Positions 1 through 12,707 of a DNA stretch of 64,000 bases are shown piece by piece. The stretch is from Gnetum montanum (Eukaryota; Plantae; Gnetophyta): the NCBI GenBank assembly GCA_015680685.1, contig MNCI01002498.1, positions 416,744 to 480,743 on the forward strand, written 5' to 3'. Position numbers and translations under genes: made by a program. Positions within the stretch are counted from its first letter, which is position 1, and the number at the start of each line of letters is the position of its first letter. The notes beneath the pieces are model-generated. The model was not told the origin of the DNA. It did no database searches and was given only the letters and a program-made list of their open reading frames with translations.

Positions 1-465
1 CTCTATTCCTCTACGCTTGATTATGTTGCATGCTCCTTCACTTCCATGAAAGCCCCATTGCTATGAACCCGCTTCTTTAAGAGAAATCAATAGTGTTGGA
101 TTTATGACACCTGGGATGAACAGAAATATGGTTATGTACAAATAAGAGATACATCAACACTATTCTGGTTTCATAACCTTCCTAGATTATTCATTATAAT
201 TTTTTGACAACAAAACCAAAAACACACACAAAAGAAGAACAGTTAAATATGAAAGGATATAGATGTCCTTCTCCTATAACGGTTACTTATATTACAATCT
301 CAGTCTTCCTACGATCCCGATTTTGCATGGGAATTTTGAGAGTCTGTGGTCAACGGATGCAGTTTCGCGTTTGTTCTCCTCCAAAGTGTTGTGACTATAT
401 TTGTGGTCGTAATACAAAATGGTCAAGATAAACTGTTTATTGCTATCAAACCCAAGAACTTTGTT

Positions 466-1720
466 TTTGTTTTTTCTTTGAGGAAAAGGTGGAACCGATG
501 TTATATAAAAACAAACTAAACCGATCTACATCAAATATTCTAGCATGGGCAAAAACAGAACGCTTGAAAACATCAGGAAAGGGCAAAACAGGGGGGCAAA
601 ATGCACCATTTACATAGAGCAAAAACTAGCTGTAAGCCTATCGCATATTGCATAATAACAGGTTAGAGAAGGAGCAATTCGCTAACTGGCCATCATATCA
701 AGTGGTTGATGTGTTAAACAAATGCAGGTCAACCTATCCATCACTAGGAAAATCATCATGTAAGCTCTAGACTCAAGGCAAAGGAAGCATAAGCAACCAT
801 GGGTGAGCATGCTAAGAGCCAGCAGTGGTGTGTTCAATGCAACAGAGGAAATCAGAAGCCTAGTAAATAGCCAAAGGCACCATCAGCAGGTTAAGAATCA
901 AGCATCCAGGTGAAGAAGCAGCAGCAAGCCAAAGGTGCCATGGGGTAGCCAGAGCATTAGCCAAAATCATAGACCAAAGCTCTTGGGACCTATCCGATGA
1001 GCTAGAAGGGTTGAAGGAGACTTCTAGGATCCAGGCACTCCATGATGGCAAATGGCTTGAAGAAGATCCCTAATCAAGGATAATGGGTAATGGATGAACT
1101 TGGCGTTTAGGCATTAAGAGGAAGGGTCAAAATCACTCCACATCAAGCCCGAGCCGAGATGAACCAAGCTCAAAACTGCAATGTGCACCAAACACTACTA
1201 AGAAATGGCTGGAGGAGTTGGCTGGAGGGAATGGGTTGCTTAAGTGACAAAAGTCATCGTTGTTGGGGTTCAAAACTGACTCAAACAAGCTTCAAGAGGA
1301 GGGTGGAGAGGGTGCCATGGATGATGAGCAAGGATAACAATGATAGGTAGCGCCACCCATAGTAGGGATCGGCAGTGCCCAAACCCCATGCCAAACAAGT
1401 AAAGCAAACCCTCTAGAAAAACTGATTAACAAACCCAACACACCTTCATAATTCAATAGAAAAATTTGAGATGAGACAGCTTTGGTACACTCCCTACACA
1501 ACCCCTCTGCAAGAAAGGACAGCACACTAAAGCAATCTTCAAAATTACTCGCGGAACCTGTAGAGCATACGGAAGTAACTAGAAAGAAAGGTAACTCACG
1601 AATCCAGGCTAAAATACTGTATCAGCTACTGCGCTTCTTCAGCCTAGGGCACCAACAAACTTAGCCAGCTATAAGAACTGTGGCGGGGGTGTTCAAATGG
1701 CCTCCATGCCATAAAATCCT
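466..1720 (-). mobile_element. Degenerate element with a LINE-like 3' end; no domain recognised
   Basis: Minus strand ends ...TTCCACCTTTTCCTCAAAGAAAAAAAC, like the TTTTCTCAAAAAA ends of the LINEs. Higher GC than the flanking intron. The 5' limit is approximate. Confidence 0.35.
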
Positions 1721-2242
1721 AAGATCCTATTTGGAAACATTGCTAGAGGTATATATATGTTCCTGTTACCTTTATATTTTTCTTTAAATAAAATTTCCTA
1801 TACATAAGTTTTGATGTTAGTGTTGTACGCTGCAGAAATATGTTTTCAGAATAAAATAGAAGCAATTTAAGACATAAGATGTTAAAATTCAGTTAATACA
1901 AGTTTTTCACTTCTTATGTGCTTTTGTTATGACATGTAGACATCCCAGATCTAACAAATATTTAGATATAATATTACAATGTGTTTTTAAACATAAATAT
2001 CTATTCCCATGTAGGATTTCAATGGAACTTTGTAAATAGACATATGACATTTCCAGAATACTCCAAGATGACACAAAAAATTTCAGTTTTCAATCAAACA
2101 AAAGAATCATTTCTGACAATCAGCTGGCACATTCACAAAATTTGAATACAAGACAAGCATGCCAGATATGCTAAGAAGGAATTACGTCTGCATTATGAAT
2201 AATGCTTTTTACGTACATAAATAGAAATGCTTCAGGAGTTAC

Positions 2243-2322
2243 CTTATCCAACTACTTTCTTCAAGCTGAAAAATCTTTTCTGATAAATTTAGTAATGAAG
2301 CAATTAATTGTGATGGAGCCTG
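2243..2322 (-). CDS. Exon, start of sorting-nexin C-terminal (Nexin_C) domain
   Basis: CTCTAG|CAG...ATAAG|GTAACT. Encodes QAPSQLIASLLNLSEKIFQLEESSWIR, compare family LLNLVDKIFQLxxxGWLR. Further exons were not recognised inside the window. Confidence 0.85.
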
Positions 2323-2676
2323 CTAGAGGTGTGTTGAAAATAAAATGCAAGAATCAGAAAACATTCATAAATCAAATATGGCTTGGTACATACTAATTGT
2401 TACCAACTTCAACTAGCATTGATGAACTACAATTATGTTAGCAAATAGCTGCAAGAAAGGATTAGGTGATTCAAAAATCTTTAGTAATGATACAAAGTAA
2501 ATTCTTTAATAGTACATTTTCAAGATATATAAAGGCATAAACATATGCTTTATAAACTATTCTACAAATATCATTCAGATAGCATTTTGCTCATTATACG
2601 TTACACACAAACCAATTTACGCATGCTAAACAATTTTCCCCTTCTAAAATGAAGTTGAGGAATTATGTGGATGTAC

Positions 2677-3134
2677 CTCTATTGGAGTTTCATTTCCCTC
2701 GTCTATCCAATCAGATCCCATCAAGGATCCCGTCATTGATAAATCATCCTCCAATCCAAACGTGTCACATGTATTTTCAGAGTGATAGCTTCTATTGAGA
2801 AGTAAATTATCATTCTTTTTAACAGAGGGCAAATTTGAATGAAAGGAAAAATAATTGTCATATAATTGTGTGTCAGATATCCAACCATCATGGGTTGTCA
2901 AAAAGGTCCCATCTCCATTTGATTTGACTCTATTATCTTCCTCAGAATCAAGCATGGATCTGTTAGTGCCCTGGCTACTTAAACATGCTATAGCATTTTT
3001 ATCAATCAATGGGGAAAACTCTAAATTGCTTCTCTTTTCTGAAACAGTCAAAGGATTTGAGATGCTCTGTCGAACACCACCAGAAACTCCTTTAAATTGA
3101 CGAAGTATGTCAACCATTGCATTATCCACATTCA
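2677..3134 (-). CDS. Exon, linker between PX and Nexin_C
   Basis: GTTTCAG|TG AAT GTG...ATA GAG|GTACAT, 458 nt open. NVDNAMVDILRQFKGVSGG resembles the segment that follows PX in plant PXA-PX-Nexin_C proteins (At2g15900-like, from memory). Confidence 0.88.
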
Positions 3135-4105
3135 CTGAAACAATTATAATGACAAGCCATAAAAGTTAATATTCACAAATTATACATTTCTTTAAAAATA
3201 AGAAATTTTAACAAAAATTAATAATATGTCTGAACTCAAAGAAGGGAATCCAACCTACAGGCAAGAAGGTTTTTCATCCAGCAATACACTCACAGCATTC
3301 AATAGTTCCATATTTTTAAAAATAGATACAACATTGCATGTTTAGTAAAACTTGCAATTCACATTTTTTAACCAATAAACAAGATTATATTAGTAAAATA
3401 AAATTTAAAGAAAAATGAGATTATTCTTGGGATCCTAATGATCACACCAAAACATAGCTGCAGAATGTAACTGAAACTAAAGTATTTTATGCTTAGAGAG
3501 AATCCAGTTTCAGTCATTTCTTTTCCAGTATCTGTTTATCACAATATAACCAATCAGGGTTCAACCTATGTCCTGTATAAGCAGCAAGTCATAACTCCTA
3601 GCACCAAGATAGCACCAATTTGGTTGATAACAACATTAAAAACGTTCGTTGGCAAGTAATATTTTCATAATCCTAAGAATCGTTCTTACATAAACATTGG
3701 TAGTTTGCTAACCAAGAGGTTACAACTTCTAAGTGTTTCCTGTTGTTGCTACTTGGATTAAATATGTTGTCTTACAAATAATGTTAATATTTACATATAC
3801 TGCATTTCATCATTTATGAAACATATTTACTAGAGGAAGGAAACACACAAAAATTGACACCTCAAAACCCTTTTTGTGTTTGTTATTTCATCTGTGTTGA
3901 AAAATATTTTAGTTGGTTTAACATGTCTGAAATATTGCTTAGCATTTTGGCTTAACACATTTACTCATAATGCCGATGGTCAAACATGAGTTTACCCAGG
4001 ATAGTCTAGGTTCAGAGCGCTATCAAGATGGAGGTCTCAAGACAAAGCACACAAGGGGATGATGACAGGGTGCAGGTGATTGTGTCAGAGGAGGGCAATC
4101 CAATT

Positions 4106-4286
4106 AAGCCGCAAAAGTCATAGGAAGTTCTGCAGGGAGGTGAGGCCAGGTCACCCATTTGGGGGGTCAAGCCGTAAAAGTCACAGGGAGTTCTAGGGGG
4201 AGGTGAGGCCAGGTTGCCTATTTTGCCAGTTGAGCTGCAAAAGTCACAGGAAGTTCTAGGGGGAGGTGAGGCCAAGTCGTCCATTT
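4106..4286 (+). repeat. Three tandem 63-bp units in the LINE A ORF1 remnant
   Basis: Units begin at 4106, 4169 and 4232 (AAGCCGCAAAAGTCA...GGAGGTGAGGCCA). The period equals 21 codons. Confidence 0.85.
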
Positions 4287-6271
4287 CACTAGTCTCGCCT
4301 AGTTCATCGAGATCTCCAAGGTCGTTGGGATCCTTGGGGTTGCCCATCAAGGATGGACTTCGGTCCCCCCTCCCCCCTCTCTCTTTTCGCTTGGCAATTG
4401 GGTTTCAATGGTTAAGGGGAGTCCCTTACCACAAGGGGGGTACTGTAAAAGACAGACCTTTCCTGGTTTCACCAAACACCAGCAAGGTGGGGCATTCGTC
4501 GAGTTCTATGTCCCAAGCCAAAAAGACATAGATGGAGGTTGACTTGGGGGTGCAGCCAACCCTCAAGGAGGTGTACAAGAAACGTGCAGCAAGCAAGACA
4601 TGAGGATCCTCTCATAGAACTGTAGGGGGCAAGGTACCCCCTATAAATGAAATACCCTTAAGGAAAGTGTGAATCGAGAAAAGTGTGACATTGTCTACTT
4701 ATAGGAAACCAAGCTCCAGCAACAAGAGGCCCATTGACTCAGGTGGCCAAGGTGGCAAGTTCAAGCTGTTGCTAGTCAGGGAAGAGCTAGAGGACTTGCT
4801 TTGCTCTTACGCAAGCATTTTGAGGTTGTTGATTGCTCCATGTGGAGCATTACAGTACTCCTCATGGATTCTGGAATTTGGATAACAAATTTTTATGGTG
4901 CTCAACATTGGGAGGAATGGCTGCATGAGCTTTGGAGAATTGTTTCCCTGGTTCAAGATCAAAGACTTTGGATTCTTGTTAGGGATTTCAATCAAAGGCT
5001 TTAGGGGTGGGAGAAGTCTAATGGGGGGTGGCCAAGATCCCCCTGGTGCCCAAGAGTGCCTACAGTTCCTTGAAGCACATGATTTGGTTGACTTCGAGAT
5101 TTGTGGATGTCAGTTAACGTGGAGTAATCGATGGAAGGGGAGTGAGCAAATCATGACTAAGATTGATAGTGCTTGGATCAGGTCCCATGACCTCATGACA
5201 AAGGGGGTGGTGGCAATAGGATAGGAATGCATGGCTTCTGACCACAGATTGATTCTATGTTGTGTAGCTGATGTTTCTATGGGGAAGGCTATCCCTTTTC
5301 GCTTTGAACATTATTGGATCCATAAGCCTTGGTTGCAGTCAATGGTGGAGGATATCAGGGGAACATATTCATAGAAGATGGAGCCCTAGGATTTTTTGAA
5401 GCAAGGGCTGACCCAACTCAAGTAGGCCTTGAGACGGATCAATGTTGAGGAGAAGTATTCGTTCAAATCTCTTCAAGGGAGACTCATGCAACGACTGGTG
5501 AAGATACAAGTAGAGTAGGAAGCTGGTGAGGATTTGCAAGAGGCTGAATGTGAGGTGTTAGCTAAAATTCAAGTGGTGGATAGGGAGGTTGAGGCTTATT
5601 GGAGGCAAAGGGGTTAGGTGCAGTGGCTGAAAGAAGGAGACCAAAACACATTTTTTTTCTTTGCAACTGCCACGTCCACAAAATTCTCTAAGAAGATTAC
5701 CAATCTTTCCTTTCAAGGACAAGAAATCATTGGCGGTCAACGTGTTGCTTAGACTTTGATGGATTTCTGGTCTAACATTTGGAAGAGCAGGCCGGTGAGG
5801 CCTCTATCTGTCCTGATTGCTCTTGTCCTGCACAAGGAGGATAACTGTCATCTTTTGGCCCCTTTCTCAATGTGGGAGTTGGAAGAGACTCTGGGTTCAA
5901 TGAAGCTGGGTAGGGCACTGGGTCTGAATGGGTGGTCGATGGAATTTGTTACAACTTTCATTGATATCCTTGGGGAGAATATTCTTGATATGTTCAACGC
6001 TATGCTGAGATGGCATCAGGTGCACAGGGAAATAAACTTCTCTCATATTGTGCTTATCCCAAAGTCAAATAACACCACGAAGCCATCGCATTTCCAGCCG
6101 ATTGGGGTTTGCAACACCCTTCTCCATCTTTTCTAAAAAGATGCTTGTGGCTAGGATGAGGCCTATTATGCCATGGCTAGTAGGACCCAATCAAGAGGGT
6201 TTTATTCAGGGATAGCACATTCAAGACCAAATCATGTTGGTGCATGAGGTTATGCATTCTCTGAGACTATC

Positions 6272-9060
6272 TTTTTTGAGAAAGTAGTCGGGATTATATT
6301 ATTGAGAAACGCAAACTATAGTACAAGAGATTACAAATGGTGGGCCATCAAGAATGGCCCCCCCATGGTAGGGAAGAATCCCCAAAATTAGACAAAATAG
6401 CTCCCAAAACCAAAAAACAAAAACTGACCATGGAGCTAACTTAAGGAAACAGCGAGGGGGCCTGTGCGAGGGCTTCGTGCCATTTGGCTTCCCACTCCCT
6501 TCTCTCAGCCTCCCGTGCCTCATCCGCGGCCCTCTGTGTGGCTTGCTGAAGCTCCTCGTTCNTCCCAACCAAGGAAAACAAAGGGGGGCACTCCCCCAAC
6601 CGGCGGGACAATCCAAACAGCAGAGATGGGGGGCACCAACCTAGGGGGCAAGCACCCCCCACGACCCGAGGTCGACAAACCCCTTATGGGTTCGTCGACA
6701 GCCGCAATTGGGGCGCTCCAGCTCATGGAGGATATCCAGCGTGTTCCGGTGATCCTCCATGTCCATGAAACTAGCCACCTGCTGGATACCCTGCATGGTC
6801 GACTCCCATCGACTCCGGTCCGCTTGTGAGGCACCTACATCCGAATGGAAGCGCGCCGAGGTTCGGTGGATATGGCGTCTGAGCTCAGCCCAAGAGCTCT
6901 CACAGCTGATGCCAAGAATGAGGTATGGGCACCGCCCCCCTCTTAGCCACTGTCGGGTGTTGTGCTCATGGGCTTAGTCGAGCTGTCGCTGTCGCTGGTC
7001 CTCCTCCTCTTGAAGCCACTCCTGCTCTGCCCGCTCTGCCTACTCACGTTGTCTCTAGGCCACATCTTCTTGGATCAACTCTTCCCACACTTGGGCCCGG
7101 ATTTCATCAATTAGGTGGGCCCTGGCAACCTCAGTCATGAGGTCCTGCTACCTCACCCGCTCCTGCTCTCGCTCAGAGAACTAGGCTTCCATGTCGGCCA
7201 GGGCCTGTGCGAGGGCTTCGTGCCATTTGGCTTCCCACTCCCTTCTCTCAGCCTCCCATGCCTCATCCGCGGCCCTCTGTGTGGCTTGCTGAAGCTCCTC
7301 GTTCCAGTTCCTATGGCCAAAGGTCTCTGGTGGGGGGNNNNNNNNNNNNNNNNNNNNNNNNNNNNNNNNNNNNNNNNNNNNNNNNNNNNNNNNNNNNNNN
7401 NNNNNNNNNNNNNNNNNNNNNNNNNNNNNNNNNNNNNNNNNNNNNNNNNNNNNNNNNNNNNNNNNNNNNNNNNNNNNNNNNNNNNNNNNNNNNNNNNNNN
7501 NNNNNNNNNNNNNNNNNNNNNNNNNNNNNNNNNNNNNNNNNNNNNNNNNNNNNNNNNNNNNNNNNNNNNNNNNNNNNNNNNNNNNNNNNNNNNNNNNNNN
7601 NNNNNNNNNNNNNNNNNNNNNNNNNNNNNNNNAAGGCAAGGGGACCCACTCTCACCCTTCCTCTTCATCATCGCCATGGACTTAATGCAGCACTACTGCA
7701 GCACATCCGGGGTGGATGGTTTGGACATTGCCAGGGTGGCATGTCGAGCCAAACACTATGCGGATGATACGATGCTACTCAGTAGGGCGGCGGTCCCACG
7801 GGCACGATGCATCAATGTTACTTTGTCCCACCTAGCTGCTGAGTTGGGGCTGGAGATCAATTGGACCAAATCTTCAGCCCACTTCATTAATGCTGATGAA
7901 CAAATTAAAAACCAGGTGGTCCAAATCTTGAACATCCTGCCAAGGACAAGCAATGACACCTATCTGGGCATCCCCCTCTTCCAGTGGGGGCGAACCATGG
8001 CATGGGGCCCGCTGGTGGAAAAAATTGAAAGAAGAGTGGGCCACTGGGCAAATCGATTCCTAAGCCACAAAGGACGCCTGCTCGTGGCAACGGAAATCCT
8101 CATGGAAATCGCTCGTTTCGTGGCAGATGTTGCCACTCCCCCCCCCCCCAAATGCCATCATCAATGCAATTAACACGCTGATCTGTAGCTTCATCTGGGA
8201 GGGGGGCAATGGGGGGAGCAAGATCCACTTGGTCCGTTGGGAACAGGTGGCGTGCCCCCAGAACACAGGAGATTTGGGCATCACGTCCTTCGAGGACAAA
8301 CTGATGCTGGGATAGCAACGGTTGGTGCTTCGGTTTACGCGCCTGCACAGAGAACCGATCCCATGGATACGCATCATGAATGCAAAATATCTGCGTTGGG
8401 AAACAAGGACACGGGATTCTAGGCCCTGGCAAGTTCTGTGCTGGCACACACGTGTGATGCAGGCTCAAGGATGGGGGGGCCTCGAGCCACGTGCCCTACT
8501 GATTGCCAAACACCCCCAAATCGCCGGCTGGCAGCAAATTTGGCAAGGGTGGCTACCCGAAAAAATAAAAATATTTCTATGGCTGCTCCGATGGGATGCA
8601 CTACCCATGCGTGCCCTCCTACGATGGCACGGGATTCTGCAACACGACACTTGTCCATCATGCGCCGCAGCAATAGAGATGGTGCAGCACTTCGCGTTCG
8701 ACTGTGTGCATGCACGCCACGTGGCACGCGGTGATGGTGCCCCCCCCCCCCCCGAATGCACCTCACAGGCGATTCTTGGGCCACGCTACTTTTATGGGTA
8801 GCGTGGAAAGCACGGAACAACACTGTTTTCCTGCAGAAACGACCCCCCCCCACCACGGCTGGTCTCCCAGGCTCTCAATGCATGGAAAGAAATTGAGGTG
8901 ACGATGGGAATCACGCCTACATTTGAGCCGGACTACGCCGCGTTCCAGGAGGATGAAGAACTCTGGCAAATGGTGACCCAATGCGGCTGGTCTGACCCTC
9001 TGCAACAACTAGTCAAGGATCCAGAGCTGGCAGATGACGCATTCTTCTCCAACTGGGCTG
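6272..9060 (-). mobile_element. LINE A': younger LINE nested in LINE A, with an inverted 5' segment
   Basis: Perfect 16-bp TSD ATTCTCTGAGACTATC at 6256-6271 and 9061-9076. The T-run, 3' UTR, J-domain and coil lie on minus (6272-7337). RT, zf-RVT and the PMD-like start lie on plus (7633-9060). N gap at 7338-7632. Confidence 0.88.
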
Positions 9061-11753
9061 ATTCTCTGAGACTATCACAATATCTAGGTATATGCCTTAA
9101 ATTAGATATTTCTAAAGCCTATGATATTGTGTCTTGGGAGGCTCTACAGGAGATCATGCTGAGGAAAGGCCTCCACCAGGACTTTGTAAAGCTATGCATA
9201 TCTATTCAGTCATCCAAGGCTTTTTCCTTAGATCTAGATGGGAAGTTGTGGGGGTTTTCCCCTCCAGGTAGGGGGTTAAGACAAGGAGACCCACTGTCAC
9301 CTTATCTTTTCATTCTAGTTATGGACACTCTGTAGCCCTATTGTGAGGAAGAGGGGGTTAGGGGGTTGGAGATTGAGAGTGTTAGATGCCTTGTTGAACA
9401 CTACGCAGATGACACCATTCTTTTCTCTCTGGTGGCGGTCCCCCAAGCTATGGCGATCAATCAAGTGTTGAAGTGTATGGCTATGGAGATTGGTTTGGAA
9501 ATCAATAGAGGCAAGTCTGTTGTGCACCTGTTGAACACATCAGCTATGGTGAAGGGGTTGATCTTGCAACATTTGGGGGTTTTACCTGGATGGCACAATG
9601 ACTCATACTTGGGACTTCCAATATACGGCTAGCATAGGAAACAAGCCTAGTATGGATTACTACAGCAACTTCAGAAGCATGTGGATCACTGGACGTGCCG
9701 ATTTCTAACCTGGGCTGGGCAGGCTTTGCTTGCTGCTTCTATTTTATCTACAATGGCTAGGTATGTGGCTTCTATTGCTAACCCCCTCGAGTGGTACTGT
9801 TGAGCAAATTGACTACATTATTCATAATTTCACTTGGTCGGGGGAAAAAGGGGAGCATAGATTGCATTTGGTTAAGTGGGATGTTGTGGCCCGCCCAAAG
9901 AATGTTAGGGGCTTAGGAGTTCCCAGGTTTCAGGACATAATTGACATGGGGTTTCATACATTTGTAAATAAGCTCATTAGGTTGGGTCCTCTTTAGGCTC
10001 AATGGATCAATGTGGTAGAGGGCAAATACCAGCATTGGGTGGATAGGCCATAGGATTCACATGTTTGGAAGGCAATCTGTAGATATGTTAGGATGGTTAT
10101 GCAAAGGGGGTTGTCGAGTACCACCACCTGCCCCGCCCCCCTTCGAGCAATTAATCAAGCACAAATATCCAAAGGTGCATAGTTGGCGGGGTTGTGGAAA
10201 GGAAAACTGCCCAAAAAAATTAAATTTTTCATTTGGTTAATTCAACATGTGGTGTTACAAGTAAAAGCAGTCCTTTTGCCCCCTTTGCATGGCTGCCATC
10301 GAGTCGTTAACTCACTTTTTATTCAATTGTGAGTTTACTAGTCAGGTATTTCGAGCAACAAATATCTGGCACAATTTGAAAGTTACCAGCAATTCAAAGG
10401 CGACTATGATTTTGTGGGTCCTATGGAAGGCACGGAATTATCTTGTTTTTCGGGGTCTAAAGTTGTCGCCGCCAATGCAAATTGTTGCTCAGGGCATTAG
10501 GCTGTGGGTAGACGTGCAAGTTGCTATGGGGATGACTCCTACGTTTGAGCCGAATTGTGAAGGGCACCGGGCCAACCTGATGCTCTAAGGAATGGCGAGT
10601 TGCATGGGGTGGGCAGACCTACTCCCGCAACTGCAAGGGGAGCCAAATTTGGCCAATGAGGCCTTCTTTGTAAATTGGATGGGGGATGTTACGCTATTTC
10701 AAGGGGTGAGGATTACACTCACGAACGAGTCCATTGCGGGCTTGTTGGGGTTGCAAGCCGAGGGAGAGGAGATTTCCCTTAGGGGGCTTGGGTTGCAAGA
10801 TGTGGTGGTCTTTTTGTCTGGGTCGATTCCCAAAACTGGGAATGACCATATGTTGAAGTTGATGTTTCTGACGCTCTAGCAAGATGCCGTAGAGCTGATG
10901 GAGCGCTTTTTTGTGTAGTCCGACAACGTCTCCAAGTTGCAAGGGCTACATTTCACCTTTATGCATTGTCTATGGCTCGATGGCATGGTAAATATGTCGT
11001 GTTACTTCCTGGATATGCTGCAAAGATAGTGGCAGTTTCGGCATTCTAGTCTAATTTTGGCACTATGGCAAGCGGTGAGGTCGGGGGCTCCCCCTCCAGC
11101 CTCCAGGATTTCTGTTCAAATGGTGTATGGACATTGGTGTTCTTGTTGCAAGCTACCAATTGTGGTGGACCTTTCCAATGATTCGAAGGGGGATGAAGTT
11201 GGTAGCAGTTTGGAGGGTGCTTTGGACCTATCGGAGGTAGAAGGGGGGTTGAGGCCTAGGTTATCCCCCAGCCCACTAGGGGAGGCTGGGGGGAAGGAAC
11301 AGAGGGAGACTCAAGGGGCAAGTAGATGGAGGGGGTGTCGAGGGTGCTAAGGATCTGGTACAAGCATGCCTGCACGATATCTTGGCTCAGGCAATGGAGG
11401 CGGTAGCACATCATGTGTGATAGGAGGAGTGGGTTGCTTGGTAGACGTGTTGGGCCATTCGTGAGGAAGAATTCTAGTGCTAGCTGGAAGAGGCTAAGAG
11501 TCGATACTGGGAAGAAGCGTTGGCAAAGCGACGACAAATAGATCTAGCGGAGGCAGTGGCTAGGGAGGCCCTCGAGGTGGAGCTTAGGGAGAGCTTGCAA
11601 GCACAACTCCAAGAGGAGGTGCACATGCAAGAGGCAAGGGAGAAAGAAGAGTGGAAGGGGAGGGCCAAGGAGGAGGAGGAGGAGACCTTGATCCAACAAC
11701 AGTTGGATAAGGCACATGAGCAAAGTGCCAAATCTTGGCTACAGTAGGGGCAG

Positions 11754-12011
11754 TGCCCATATGTCATTATGGACATCGGGTGGAACACTTCCTGGCATGC
11801 ACTTTGGTGGCACATCAGGCACAAAGGTCAGGATTTGCACCCAGATGGTGAAGGAAGCATGGAGGAGTGCATGAGAAAGGAGCAAGTCTTTAAGAGCTTT
11901 CAGGAGGCAGCGAATTTTGTTGATTTGGAAAAGCATAGGATGATACTAGATGCTATCCACACTCAAGAGAGGGTGTTTTGTGCTTGTACCCGGCTTCCCA
12001 CTTGCCTATAA
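11754..12011 (+). pseudogene. J-domain (DnaJ-like) coding segment of LINE A
   Basis: CPYVIMDIGWNTSWHALWWHIRHKGQDLHPDGEGSMEECMRKEQVFKSFQEAANFVDLEKHRMILD, compared with the DnaJ pattern PYEVLGV...IKKAYRKLALKYHPD...[24 protein letters not shown]. Confidence 0.78.
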
Positions 12012-12707
12012 GCTTTGAAAATTTTTTTGAATCTAATGTTCTGGGGTAACATCGTTAGGTTTTGGGCAGTTGTTGTTTTGTATAGGTGACCTAGTACCCT
12101 ATTTTGTTGGGGGGTGAGGTGGGTGAGGTGGGTGAGGGGTTTGACACTAGGTGAGTGTGTTTGGGGTGTTGGGGTGGAAGGGGGAGGGGAGGGAGGAAAG
12201 ACAGGGGGAATCTCTCTTCGGTTTTTGATGGAGGGGCCTCTTGTTCTGTTGTTTTCTCTTTTGGTCATGTTTTTTGAGAGGGAGGGGCAATAATTCACCC
12301 TCGATTTTGGGCATTGGGAGGGGGTGGCCCTCAGTTGGTTGTGAGGTGGATCATGAGGATGACATTTTTTTGTACTTTACTGTTTATAATTAATAGATAA
12401 CCTGAACTTTTCTCAAAAAAATTTACATATCATAAAATCTTGTTTCTACTCAAATTTCTGTTTTCAAAAGGTTTATGTAGATTACATTAACTTTTTAATA
12501 AAAAATTGTTCATCAGTCATTACTATTATTAATTGTGCAATAGTTGGTGCCTATAATATAATATATGTGTTGCCTCCCTATTCAAAGAGGATTCAAGAAA
12601 AATCTAGCCTTGGTTTGTGAATAATGTAACATTAAGGATGGTTATGCTATTTGAAAGGATGATAATAAATATTCAAGAAAGAGTGGACATGATTTCATTA
12701 TTGAAGG

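Larger units (their letters stand above)
3971..12420 (+). mobile_element. LINE A: decayed L1-clade element (ORF1 remnant, APE, RT, zf-RVT, PMD-like domain, coiled coil, J-domain), interrupted by LINE A'
   Basis: MRILS*NCRG at 4600; LTWSNR..KIDSAW; CLKLDISKAYD, GLRQGDPLSPYLF, HYADD; LWVLWKARN; HPD at 11838-11846; ends CTTTTCTCAAAAAA. Candidate imperfect TSD ATTTAC(ATA)TCATAA at 3959 and 12421. Confidence 0.9.

Noticed and set aside
290-432. Open minus-strand stretch after an AG, considered as the next host exon
   Set aside because: The required phase gives an immediate stop, and there is no similarity to the expected RQVFW segment.
6458-6561. About 100-bp duplicate of 7201-7304 in the LINE A' 3' UTR
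   Set aside because: It ends at a single N and is near-identical, so it is a probable assembly artefact.
11754-12011. J-domain as a host DnaJ gene or a one-off 3' transduction
   Set aside because: It occupies the same position in five independent insertions, in frame with the element coil and inside the element termini.
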